Of a DNA stretch of 64,000 nucleotides, positions 12,501 through 24,848 are shown one piece after another. The DNA is taken from NCBI RefSeq assembly GCF_009914755.1, contig NC_060929.1. The stretch is one strand, 5' to 3'. Every line of letters starts with the position of its first letter. Positions within the stretch are counted from its first letter, which is position 1. The position numbers and the translations under genes were made by a program. A model generated the notes under the pieces. It was given only the letters and a program-made list of their open reading frames with translations. It had not been told where the DNA came from and searched no databases. This stretch comes from the human T2T-CHM13v2.0 reference genome, Homo sapiens.

Positions 12501-13554
12501 ACGCTTCACTTGAACTACTAACATGTTATCGCTAATTGACTGTTTTAAGTTATGTAAATATAATGTAATACCTAGAGCAACCACTACAAAATTTACAGAG
12601 ATAAACTAAAAAAAATTATACAAAGAGATACACTCAAAAACCTTGCAGACAAATCAAAATAGAATTCTAAAATAATATTCAAGAAATCAATAGAAAAACA
12701 AGAAAAAAATAGAAAAACTAAAAATAGAAGCAACAAACAGAAAACAAAATATGGGTTGGAAGACTTAAGTCTCAACAGATTACGAATTACCTTATAAACA
12801 AACAGTCTACTTTATTTCTAAAAGGCAAAACTCAGAAACAACTAAAATGCCCAGTAAGTGAATGGCTAGACAAATTGTTGTACATCCACACAGGGAATCC
12901 TACTCAGCCATAAAAAGAAATGAACTATTGATACACAAAATAGCTTGACTGGATCCCAAGGGCCTTATGATGAATGAAGAGGCTGATTTCAAAACACTTA
13001 TACTGTATGATTCCATTTACATAACATTCTGGAAATGACACAATTATAGAGGTGGAAAACAGATTAGTGGCCAGTGATTAGGAGTGGTCCGAGGAATGTG
13101 GATGGATGTGAGTACAAAGAGGTAACACAAGTGCTATGTTTGTGGTGATGGAATAGTTCTTTGTGTTGATCATAGTGGTAATTACATGAATCCGCATGTG
13201 ATAAAATGGCATAGAGCTATATGTACACTCATTGCATCAATGTCAATTTCCTGGTTTTGATGTACTATAGTTATATAAGATGTAATTCACTGGGGAAAAC
13301 TGAGTGAAGGGTACAAATGACTTTTTGCAGAAGTTTATAATAATTAAAAATTATAATTATAAAGTAATGTATTTATAATTATAAATATAAGTATCATTAT
13401 AATTATAAAATATTTATAATTATTTTTAAATAATGGTATTTTTAAATAATTGTAGATTTTAAATAATTGTAGGTTTAGATAATTGTAGATTCCCAGGAGA
13501 ATCTACAATTATCTAAAAATAGAGTTTAAAAAGTCTCATAAAAGTCTCATAAAA

Positions 13555-13838
13555 GGCATGGTGGCTTACACCTGTAATTCCCAGCACTTTGAGAGGCCAA
13601 GATGGGTGAATTGTTTGAGTTCAAGAGTTCGAGACCAGCGTGGGCAACATGGCAAAACTCTGCCCTAGAAAACACACACACACACAAAATTAGCTGGATA
13701 TGTTGGCGCGTACCTGTAGTTTAAGCTACTCGAAATGCTGATGTGGATCACCTGAGCCCAGCACGTCAAGGCTGCAGTGAGCCATGATGGTGCAGTTGCA
13801 CTCCAGCCTGAGTAACGGAGCAAGATAAAAAAAAAAAT
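13555..13838 (+). mobile_element. AluJ-like with (CA)n in the linker
   Basis: Diverged Alu dimer with A tail. Confidence 0.9.
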
Positions 13839-14237
13839 AACATAAACTATACATATGTGTGTATGTGTGTGTATAAAGTCTAGAAAAGCAATGATAGGCA
13901 CTACAAAAAGTTAGCAGAGTTATGAACGTATCTGTGTTATTTCAATATTTTTTAAAAGAATGCCTTTATGAACTTCTCATATAAAAAAGAAATAAAAGTA
14001 ATGTAAAACTGTAAAAAATTCAGATGTACATAAAAATATAAACAAGATGGAAATTGCCTGTTCTGTGATGCCACAGATAATTTCATTAATTCACCTAACA
14101 AATATTTACTGAATACATCCTATAGAGCTATGATCTATCACGATTTTAGTGTGCATTTCAGACCTTTCCTGTACCTCCAGAGTTATATACAAATTGTAAT
14201 CATTCATTGATATGTATTGTTACAAGCGTAATATGTA

Positions 14238-14564
14238 CAGCTGGCCCTCTGGATCCACAGGTTCCAAAACTACAGATTCAACCAACCTCGGGTTTGAAGT
14301 ATTAGGGGAAAAACCCAAAGATAATAAGACAACAATAAAAAATAATGGAAGTAAAAGCAATACAGTATACCAACTATTTACATAGGATTTCCATTGTATT
14401 AGATATTATAAGTAATTGAGAGATGATTTAAAGTGTATGACAGGATGTGTATAGGTTATATGCAAATACTATGCTATTTTATATCAGGGACTGGAGCAGC
14501 CTTAGATTTTGTTATTTATTGGGGGCCCTAGAACCAATCCCCTACCAATACCAAAGGACAACTG
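14238..14564 (-). mobile_element. MER2 (TcMar-Tigger MITE)
   Basis: cag...ctg termini; reverse strand begins cagttgtcctttggtattggtaggggattggttctagggccccc. Confidence 0.8.
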
Positions 14565-14705
14565 TTACATCATAAGCTCTTATTACTTAACATTCATTAT
14601 TCATTCATTCAGCATATATTTATTGAGCATCTATGTTAGCCAATATCATGCTAGGTTCTGAGAATGGAAAGGTGAATAAATTGTCTGTTCCTTAACAAAA
14701 TTTAC

Positions 14706-15071
14706 TGATATGGTTTGTCTTTGTGTCCCCACCCAAATCTCATCTCAAATTATAATCCCCATGTGTTGAGGGAGGGGCTTGCTGGGAGGTGATTGGATCA
14801 TGGGGGTGGTTTCCTCCATGCTGTTCTCATGATAATGAGGAGCTCTCACGAGATCTGATGGTTTAAAAGGGGCAGGTTCCCCTGCGTGCACGCTCTCTCT
14901 CTCTCCTGCTGCCATGTAAGACATGCCTTGCTTCCTCTTCACCTTCTTCCATGATTGTAAGTTTCCTGAGGCCTCCCTAGCCCTGTGGAACTGTGAGTCA
15001 ATTAAACCTCTTTTATTTAGAAATTACCCAGTCTCAGGTAGCATCTTTATAGCAGTGTGAAAACTAATATG
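14706..15071 (+). mobile_element. MaLR solo LTR (MSTA/MSTB)
   Basis: tgatatggtttg...catgattgtaagtttcctgaggcctccc...aaactaata. Confidence 0.88.
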
Positions 15072-16127
15072 CTTACAATATAGTGGGAGAGAATGTCACT
15101 AAAGAAAGAATATTTCCAAGAAGTATACAATTATAGATTATGTCAAGTTCAGACAACTGTAAACAATGTTCTGAATATCCATCTGTGAAAGGAAAGGGTG
15201 ATGGCTATGATGGCAAGATACCATGGCATGTTTATTATTGATGGGAATGAGCCAGTAGAAAGAGGTTAAAAATACAAGAGCAAGAGAAGGGAATCCTGGA
15301 TTTATAGAAAGCTTCCTTAGAAGGAAGAAGCCGGAGAACAAGTTAAAGGGTTGGCTTCAAATAGAAGCGAACTGCCTCAACTGAAATAAGCAAGAGTGAG
15401 GATGACTGAAAATATACCTTAGTTTGTAGATTCAGAGGTTTGAAGAATTGCCAAAATATGGGACAATGTCATCTGCCTAGAGCAAAGGAGTATATTGGAA
15501 GTTCTGAGGTTTGAAGAGAATGGAGTTTTTAAGTAGTAGTTTGGGGAAAGCATGCTGAATAGAGAAGGGCAGTAACTGGGCATGCTTCATTAAGAACCTG
15601 TATTCTGTCATGTGGGGCAGATTCTAAATATTTTCAGCTCTCTTACTGCAGGCAAGATAAAGGCAAAGGAGTAGGTATTAGAAGAGAGAGACAAACTTCT
15701 AGAGGGAACTAAATTTTTGAAGAGGATTGTCTTCCAACTGGGAAGAGAGGGAAAGCTTTTTGAGGGGAGTAGATCTGAGCTGGGCAAGAGAACACACTTG
15801 CTAGAGAAAGAAAATGGCCAGAGAGAGAAAAGGGGAGAAAAAAGTCTGGGGGAGATGGAGATAAAAGCAGAGTAGTGGGGGATTTCTGGCCTAGGTGCAG
15901 GAATGTCCTTTTATCTTCCAAAGTAAATGTGGTCACAGTAATATTAACAGTTTGTCATCTGATGTTGTGAAATTGTTTCCATATATTATTTAGACTCTCA
16001 GACCTGACAATCTATGGAGGAATTCCCAGGCATCTTTAGCTGCTACAGAGATGCATGAATGAAGGACAAGTATATTATCCTCCACACATTAGAAGAGAGG
16101 CTCCAGGGAGCAACAGGAGGCAAAAGT

Positions 16128-16441
<314 letters not shown>

Positions 16442-17489
16442 AACATTTATCATTTGTGTTGAGACTATCCCAACCTTTCTCCTCTATTTTGAAATACAAA
16501 ATAAATTATTGATTACTATAGTCACCCTACTGTGCTGTGGAACGCTACAACTTATTCCTTCTGTCTAACCATATTTTCGCTCCTTTTAACTTCTCTTCAT
16601 CTCCTTCTCCCTCCTTATCCTTCCCAGCCTCTGGTAACCACAATTTTACTCTCTATCTCCATGGAGTCAACTTTTTTTTAGCTCCCACATATGAGCACCA
16701 AACTTCAATGTAAGACCCAAAACTATGCAGCTATTCCAAGAAAACGATTTGAGAAAATGCTTGAAAATGTTGGTCTGGGCAATGATTTTTTTTTTTTTTT
16801 TAATTAAGACTTTCTGAAGAAAAGGGCATACTTTTCACTGAAAAAGTTTGAGTTTTTTAAATGAGCAGATACTCATGCATTACTAGTGCAGCCAAAAATT
16901 ATCAAAAGTAGGGAAGAATGCAAAATAGCGTGTGCCTCTTAACTAAAGAACTGTTAAGATACAAAACTTGGCTCTTTGCTGCCTTTCCCGCACTGCCAAG
17001 AGGGAAACATGAATTAGTTACATTGCCGTGGTGCTCACTGGGAGTTCGCTGTATGGACCAGATGGGTACTGCTCCGAATTTCCATTCAAGTCTGACATTC
17101 TTTTGTCAGCGTTTGTGTAACCGGTTTTCCTTGCATTCAGAGGAAAGACAGCATGGAAGTATGGATGGGAAGGTTGAGACGATTGGATACTGTATGGTAA
17201 CCTCGATCGCAGCTCTCCTATGAGACTTGCTTCTTGGATTCTGAGTCACTTAAGCTTGCCCCTTCTCTTTCCTGACCCTCTTCCGTTTCCCCTTAGATTG
17301 GAGATTCTCCTCAGATTCTAAGTCTCTGAAATTATTAGTGTTGGCAGCCCCTGGGCCCATGGAGGGGTCTCAAGTCTTCAGTTCTCAAAGATCACCTTTT
17401 AAGCTTCATTCGGAACATGACACAGCCACACGAGTCCTAGCCCTGAATCTCACGAAGACCTCAGTACACCTGGAAAAGGCAGCACACCC

Positions 17490-18030
17490 AGTTACGACAC
17501 TACTAGAGACGTCACACGCCTCAGCACCCATCCGCTCCCAGCCCAGAACGAGCGCACGCGCAGAACGAGAGAGCGGCCACCCAGGGATCGGCGCTATCTG
17601 CACAGCGGTTACAGTCTCGGAAAGGCCTGGCTTCTTCGTGGCTTTGTGGAGATCCCTTACAGCGGCCATTTGATTAGCACCCGAAGAGATTCAAAGGAAG
17701 CAGTTGTTCCGTCCCCAACATATTTCCGTTTCAAACCACCCACTTCCGGTTTTTCAGCCGGTTCCGGTCCCGCCCTTCACTTCCGGTCGCTTTCGGTCTC
17801 TCAGCGGCCGGTTTCTGCGTCCGCTGCCGCAGGTTCCACCGCGCTCCAGGTGAGGGGTTGCGGGGCACCCTGGCGCGCTGCCCTTGGAGACGCTGTTGGG
17901 GCTCGGGGACAGTGGCTTTGCGGCCCGCGCGGCGTGGCTTGCACTGCGGCGGGCTGGGGATAGTGTCTGTCCTAGTCTGACGCCCAGGCCCCTAGCCCCG
18001 GCCCGCTTAGTCGCGGGGGCCGCTGTCCTC
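17490..18030 (+). promoter_or_regulatory. UBLCP1: CpG-island, TATA-less promoter of UBLCP1
   Basis: Only CpG-dense stretch in the window. ETS/GABP motifs CACTTCCGGT at 17741 and 17778 plus TTCCGG/TTCCGT variants; GC box cccgccc at 17769; YY1-like gcggccatttg at 17662; NRF1-like gcgcacgcgca near 17552. Confidence 0.9.
17780..17849 (+). other. UBLCP1: UBLCP1 exon 1 (non-coding); TSS position approximate
   Basis: Strong donor CAG|gtgagg at 17849/17850 right after the ETS cluster. Confidence 0.8.
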
Positions 18031-19139
18031 CCATCCAGCAGTCTAGCCTATTTGGAGGGCTTTCTGTTTCCCAGTGGGTTTTGCGTCCCCAAACTTCATT
18101 CCTCCGTCTTCTCAGGCTTGTCCATCCCTCCCCTCAACCTCCTTGTTGAAGGCATCCCGGCCTTTTTGGTTCTGGAGCCTCCACCTGCCTCCTAATGCTC
18201 CCCTAAGTCAGTTAGCACAGCCCCCGACCCTGCACCACCTCGCAGTTGTTGCTGGTGTGCGGTTCTCGCCGGAGTTCTTAGTGCTTCACGGTTATCTTTT
18301 GCTGGGATTGTTGAAAGTTAACCTCCCGTTAATTCCCAAAGTGTTACTTTTACTGCTATACTTTAAAATTTCTTCATTTGCCACTTTTTAGGTTTGTGGT
18401 CCCGGGCAAGTTTAATTTCTTTTCAGGATTCCCATTTGTATAATGAGGACAACAGCTGTTGGTTCAGGATTGTGAAGCTTCAATGAGATAATTGTTTAGC
18501 ATGTTTTTATTCCATCATGAACACCATTTGTATTGTGTTTTACAGTTTACAAAGTGCTGTCACAGGTGTTACTTCATACCTTAACACTACTCCTGTCCAG
18601 TGAATATTAGTAGCCTCATCTTGTTGAGAAGACTGAGGCCAAGAGGTGGATTGACTAGGCAAAGTCAACACAGTATGTTAGGTAGAACTCCAACCTAAAC
18701 AGCTATTCTTGACCCTAGGTTGACCATATGGAAGTGTATTCTTTGCTTGCTTGTTTGGGTTTGCCAACTTCACTCCTCCCCACACCCCAAATCATTTTTC
18801 AGCTTATAAATCTGATGGGATCTGAAATGATACAAAATACTAAGAAAGAAGGTTAAATGTGAAAGCAAAATAGCTCATGCATTTATATCACACTGCTTCA
18901 TTGGTGTGAACGGTCTTAATGATGAAATAAGGTTCAGTAACTTTTAAACAAATCTTAAAGACATATGCATTTACAATTTTTATGGTGTTTGTTTCGCTTG
19001 GCCCTTTAAGGCATTTGCCAACTTGGAATTTCCACTTGTGGGATAGGTGCTTCGTAACGTTTTTATGCTGCTTTATTAACCATATAGAGCCCATGCCCTC
19101 TGGCACATTTTTTTTAAGGCTGAAAACATTGAAGAGCCT

Positions 19140-19313
19140 GTAGTACTGACTCTCAAATTTGAGCATTCATCAGAGGTGAGGAGGACTGACCTTGTTAAAA
19201 CACAGATTCCTAGGTCCCTTCTCTCCACCCCAATTACATTTCTACCAAATTACCAAGTGAGGTCAATGCTGTTGGTTAGCCCAGGGACCACGCTTTGAAA
19301 ACCACTAGTCTAG
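19140..19313. mobile_element. MER5A-like hAT-Charlie element
   Basis: ctctcaaatttgagc...gggaccacgctttgaaaaccactagtctag. Confidence 0.7.
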
Positions 19314-20010
19314 AAGAGCAATCACTTGTCCAGGGTCACCTGGAACTCAGATGATTTCACTCCAAACTCTGCACTACTACGCATCACAATATATGCGATA
19401 TTAGTGCTGGTTGCCTTTCTAGCTCTCGTAGGATTCCCTTTTATTCTTATGTCTTACAGAAAATATTTAAACTGTATTTCAGTTTAACTCAAAAGGTCCA
19501 CTTTTAATTGAAGAATATAACATTTGTTATAGTTCTGTCTAAAATGGAATACGTTACCCTAAATTAAGACACTTGCTTTACATTTTCAGTAGAACACATT
19601 GTAAACATAGGAGTAAATATACATTTATAGTTCATATTTGTATTCATATATGAGTAAATATAAATATGAATTTATGGCTCTCTCTTCTAATTGGCCTTTT
19701 AGTAGGAGACACTGTTTTTAAATTATTTTTGGAAGTGGAGATTAAAAATTTAACCTCTTTCTTGCAGTTGGTCCTAATAGTTGCATGAAGAGTGCAATCA
19801 AATGTTTCATCAAATAAGTGAAAGCATTGGAAATACCAATACCTTGAGATTAGAAAATCCAGTTCTCTGGACTGTGGGAGGAATGAGTTTAATGAAAAAT
19901 AGAAAGCTTTATGCAGGAAGAGACATATGTTTGGTTATTTACATGAGTGGCAGCCACTATATAATCTTTGTGTGCTTAGATCTGTACCCATGGGTTTTGT
20001 ATTTTCTGAT

Positions 20011-22445
20011 TGATATGGTTTGGCTGTGTCCCTACCAAAATCTCAACTTGAATTGTATCTCCCAGAATTCCCACTTATTGTGGGAGGGACCCAGTGGGAG
20101 GTAATTGAATCATGGGGGCCGATTTTTCCCGTGCTATTCTTGTGAATAAGTGAATAAGTCTCATGAGATCTGATGGATTTATCAGGGGTTTCCGCTTTTC
20201 TGTCTTCCTCATTCTCTCTTGCCACTGCCATGTAAGAAGTGCTTTTTACCTTCTGCCATGATTCTGAGGCCTCCCTAGCCATTGTGGAACTGTAAGTAGC
20301 TGGGATTACAGGCGCCCACCACCACCTCTGGCTAATTTTTTTTTGTATTTTTAGTAGAGATGGGGTTTCACCACATTGGCCAGGCTGGTCTTGAACTCCT
20401 GACCTAAGGTGATTCACCTGCCTCAGCCTCCCAAAGTTCTGGGATTACAGGCATGAGCCACTGTGGCCAGCCTTGGGTATGTCTTAGCAGCATGAAAACA
20501 GACTAATACGGTAAATTGGTACTAGTAGAGTGGGGCATTGCTGAAAAGATACCCGAAAACGTGGAAGCAACTTTGGAACTGGGTAACAGGCAGAGGTTGG
20601 AACAGTTTGGAGGGCTCAGAAGAAGACAGGAAAATGTGGGAAAGTTTGGAACTTCCTAGAGACTTGTTGAATGGCTTTGCCCAAAATTCTGATAGCTATA
20701 TGAACCATAAGGTCCAGGCTGAGGTGGTCTCAGATGGAAATGAGGAACTTGTTGGGAACTGGAGTAAAAGTGACTCTTGTTATGTATTAGCAAAGGTACT
20801 GGCAACATTTTGCCCCTGCCCTAGAGATTTGTGGAACTTTGAACTTCAGAAAGATGATTTAGGGTATCTGGCAGAAGAAATTTCTAAGCAGCAAAGCACT
20901 CAAGAGGTGATTTGGGTACTGTTAAAGGCACTCAGTTTTATAAGGGAAGCAGAGCATAGAAGTTTGGAAAATTAGCAGCCTGACTATGCAGTAGAAAAGA
21001 AAAACCCATTTTCTGTGGAGAAATTCAAGCTGGCTGCAGAAATCTGCGTAAGTATCAAGGAGCCTAATGTTAATCCCCTAGACCGTGGGGAAAATGTCTC
21101 CAGGCTATGTCAAAGACCTTCATGGCAGCCCCTCCCAGCACAGGCCCGGAGGCCCAGGAAGGAAAAAAGGTTTCGTGGGCCCGGCCCAGGGTCCCCGCGC
21201 TGTGTGCAGCCTAGGGACTTGGTGCCCTGTATCCCAGCCACTCCAGCCATGGCTGAAAGGGGCCAACTTACAGCTTGGGCTGTGGCTTCAGAGGGTGGAA
21301 GCCTCAAGCCTTGGTAGCTTCCATATGGTGTTGAGCCTGTGGGTACACAGAAGTCAAGAATTGAGGTTTGGGAACCTGTGCCTAGATTTCAGAAGATATA
21401 TGGAAACTCTTGGACGCCCTGGCAAAAGTTTGCTGCAGGGGTGGGGCCCTCATGGGGAACTTCTGCTAGGACAGTGTGGAAGGGAATTGTGGGGTCAGAG
21501 CCCCCATACAGAGTCCCTACTGGGGCACTGCCTAGTGGAGCTGAGAGAAGAGGGCCACCACCCTCCAGGCCCCAGAATGGGAGATCTGACAACAGCTTGT
21601 ACTGTGTGCCTGGAAAATCCACAGACACTCAATGCCAGCCCGTGAAAGCAGCTGGGAGGGAGGGTTTACCTTGCAAAGCCACAGGGGTGGAGCTATCCAA
21701 GACCATAGGAACCCACCTCTTGCATCAGTGTGACCTGGATGTGAGATCTGGAGTCAAAGGAGATCATTTCGGAGCTTTAACATTTGACTGCCCCGCTGGA
21801 TTTCGGACTTGCATGGGCCCTGTAACCCCTTTGTTTTGGCCAATTTCTCCCATTTGGAATGGCTATATTTACTCAATACCTGTACCCCCATTATACCTAG
21901 GAAGTAAATAGCTTTCTTTTGATTTTACAGGCTCATAGGCAGAAAGGACTTAACTTGTCTTAGATGAGACTTTGGACTGTGGACTTTTGAGTTAATGCTG
22001 AAATGAATTAAGACTTTGGGGGACTGTTGGGAAGGCATGATTGGTTTTGAAATGTGAGGACATGAGATTTGGAGGGGCCAGGGGCAGAATGGTACAGTTT
22101 GACTGTGTGCCCACCAAAATCTCAACTTGAATGATATCTCCCATAATTCCTATGTGTTATGAGAGGGACCCAGGGGAAGGTAATTGAATCTTGGGGGGTG
22201 GTCTTTCCCATGCTATTCTCATGACAATGAATAAGTCTCATGAGATCTGATGGGTTTATCAGGGGTTTCCGCTTTTGCTTCTTCCTCATTCTGTCTTGCC
22301 ACTGCCATGTAAGAAGTGCTTTTTGCCTTCCACCATGATTCTGAGGCCTCCCCAGCCATTCTGCAACTGTAAAGTCCAATTAAACCTCTTTCTCTTCCCA
22401 GTCTTGGGTATGTCTTTATTGGCAGTGTGAAAACAGACTAATACA
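20011..22445 (+). mobile_element. Full-length THE1 (THE1A-like) MaLR provirus in UBLCP1 intron 1: LTR 20011-20509, internal region, LTR 22090-22445
   Basis: Two similar LTRs; THE1-int ORF remnants (WESLELPRDLLNG...); perfect 5-bp TSD CTGAT (20006-20010, 22446-22450). Confidence 0.95.
20294..20472 (-). mobile_element. Partial Alu (5' half) replacing part of the THE1 5' LTR
   Basis: aagtagctgggattacaggcg...gagccactgtggccagcc; no tail, no TSD. Confidence 0.9.
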
Positions 22446-22759
22446 CTGATCTTTGATGCCTTAACTCTTGTATGTTCAACTGAAGAGATACAATTGTGGA
22501 GGAGAAGAAACATAAGATTTAGTCAGAAGACCTGTTCTGTAACTAGCTATGTGTCTATGTACAGATTGTATAGCCTCTCAAAACTCCTGTTTCCTTAATT
22601 GTAAAAGAGGGAAAACTTACCAAATTACTTTCTCTAATGAGATTGTGTAAAAACTTCAATTCATAAAATATGAAACAAAGAATGGCTATTTACTATTTAT
22701 TTAGCACAGTGCCTGCCTGGAACATAGTAAGCTTTTAGTTTAAAAAGATTTTTGTTTAA

Positions 22760-23005
22760 CCAATACTTAATTTATGTAGTGTTTACTAGGTGCCAGGCAC
22801 TATGTACCTTGTAAATGTTAATTAAGTTAATCCTCATAAAAGCCCTAAGAAGTAGGTAGTATCATCATCCCTATTTTACAGATGAGGAAACCTAGACACT
22901 GAGAGTCAAGTAACTTCTCAAAGTCAGATGGCTAAGTGGGAGAGATCTGGGATCTGAACCCAGGTCATCTGGCTCTAGAATCTGTGTTCTTAACTACACC
23001 ACACT
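22760..23005 (-). mobile_element. MIR
   Basis: Core cctattttacagatgaggaaacc...aagtaacttctcaaagtca. Confidence 0.8.
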
Positions 23006-23404
23006 ACCTTTCAAATGTTAAATGAACATGGATGGTCTGTCAGGGAAGGACTTGCTTGTAGCATCAACCTGACCAAATAGAACAGGAGGAATGGTAGCTC
23101 ATAATTGCACATTTCCAGTTGAACAGTGAGACTCAGAGTATTAGAAAGTAGTAACTCTAAGCCAAAAATTAGGAGTGTGGGGGAATTTAACTTTGAGTCC
23201 TAGTATCTTTTGGTGTTCTGGTAGCACTCCTGTATGGACAAAAATCCTCTCTATCATAAGTTGTAAAATAAGGCTTAAACTGTACACATAAAACTTAAAA
23301 GTTTGGCTTCAATAAACAGTATCTATTTTAACTTGTTCATTTTTGTCTTCCTTTCCAGGTATTTTTTTTTCTGAAGGAAAGCTGCTTCCTCATATGTTTC
23401 AAGA

Positions 23405-23558
23405 ATGGCTCTCCCTATCATTGTAAAATGGGGTGGACAGGAGTATTCAGTGACCACACTTTCAGAAGATGATACTGTGCTCGATCTCAAACAGTTTCTC
23501 AAGACCCTTACAGGAGTTCTTCCAGAACGCCAAAAGTTACTTGGACTCAAAGTTAAAG
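23405..23558 (+). CDS. UBLCP1: UBLCP1 coding part of exon 2 (exon starts at 23359); ubiquitin-like domain N-terminus
   Basis: [51 protein letters not shown]; Kozak agaATGg; acceptor ttccag at 23358; donor AAG|gtaatt; 154 nt. Confidence 0.97.
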
Positions 23559-24396
23559 GTAATTCTCTCCCCTCTTCAGATTTTTTGCATTGAATTTTTA
23601 GTATTATGAATTTTAATAATTATTTTGAATATAATTGTTTAATAATTTATACTTGCTATTTGTAGTTTAGTAAGTCTCTCCCTTTCGAGATTTCTCTGGT
23701 AGAAATATTCTTAAAATTGTTTTAGTGGTAAAAGTAAGAATATTAAAGTGTTCTCGAAAATACCATGATTATTAAGATTACTTTTGATGTTTTAGACAGT
23801 CAGTATTTGCTTGTTAAACCTTTGGCACAGAAGTCCCGGATGAAACTCATTTATTTTCTGACATCTACCTTTTAGCACAGTGTTTCGTTGTAACGAGGGC
23901 CTCGTACTCTTCCCAAATTATCTTTTCTGTTTCAAAAGTAAAGACAACATTTAAAAATTACAGGCAGCATTCATATCCAGTTTAAAAGGGATTTTTTTTA
24001 TGGTGTTTTGTGATTATCATATTGAAGAGTGAGTTTTGAGTAACAGTAAATCTGCAGTTTTCTTAGGCACTCAATTTTTAAGGCTTCCTGGAAAACAGTA
24101 ATATTCATCTTGAACAACAGAATAAAACATGAATTAATTTTGTTTAGGTAGTTGAATAAAGGTGTTCATCTAACATAGAATTGGGGAGAAAATAACCCTT
24201 GTATTAATTTTGACTTCTTCGTGTCTTAGATATGACTAATTCAGCAGAAACAATTTGTTAATGTAGGAAAAAACAAAACAACAAAAATTGCTGTGACATC
24301 TGTACCAAACCTTTTAATGTTAGGGTTTTATATAATGGAATAGTGAAACCAGCACCTGAACTTTAGTGAGAAAACAGTCATTTGCTTGTATTGTAG

Positions 24397-24488
24397 GCAA
24401 ACCTGCAGAAAATGATGTTAAGCTTGGAGCTCTCAAACTGAAACCAAATACTAAAATCATGATGATGGGAACTCGTGAGGAGAGCTTG
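24397..24488 (+). CDS. UBLCP1: UBLCP1 exon 3
   Basis: tgtag|GC AAA CCT... (G)[30 protein letters not shown]|gtaaat; 92 nt, frame preserved. Confidence 0.96.
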
Positions 24489-24848
24489 GTAAATGTTTAC
24501 TTTTTGTTACCATTTGTCCATTTGAAGATATTATGATTTATACTACACTGTTGTATTATAGTTTTAATTGTGGTAAAATTGTCAGTCTAGCAATCAATGA
24601 AAAATAAAACCCGCACCGTGAATGTGTTATTAACTGTATAAGTATAGTAGTAGCACAAATGATCAAATTTAATATGGTAAATCTGCCCAGGAAACATACA
24701 TAACGAATTATTAATTGTGGAAATTTTCCAGTATGGGCTTAAAAGACTCTGGAACTCAAATTGTATCTCTCATTTTATTTTTATGCTATGCATGTATTTG
24801 TTATATTAAGGATAATATGGTAGAACAAAACTTTTTCCATCTTAATAG

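Larger units (their letters stand above)
8960..13530 (+). mobile_element. Old L1M element (5' region, ORF1 remnant, internal deletion, 3' end) fragmented by nested LTRs
   Basis: ORF 11816-12037 KEKNSQPRILYAVKICVRNKAEIKTFSNEGRLRAFVASRPT resembles the L1 ORF1p C-terminus; 12830-13330 matches an L1MC/MD-type 3' end. Boundaries approximate. Confidence 0.75.

Noticed and set aside
17338-18391. Overlapping 100-110 aa ORFs at the promoter
   Set aside because: Expected in a GC-rich CpG island depleted of stops; no homology; they run across the exon 1 donor.
20538-21911. Long ORFs up to 190 aa, mirrored at 52454-53681
   Set aside because: Decayed THE1/MaLR internal ORF fragments, broken by stops and frameshifts.
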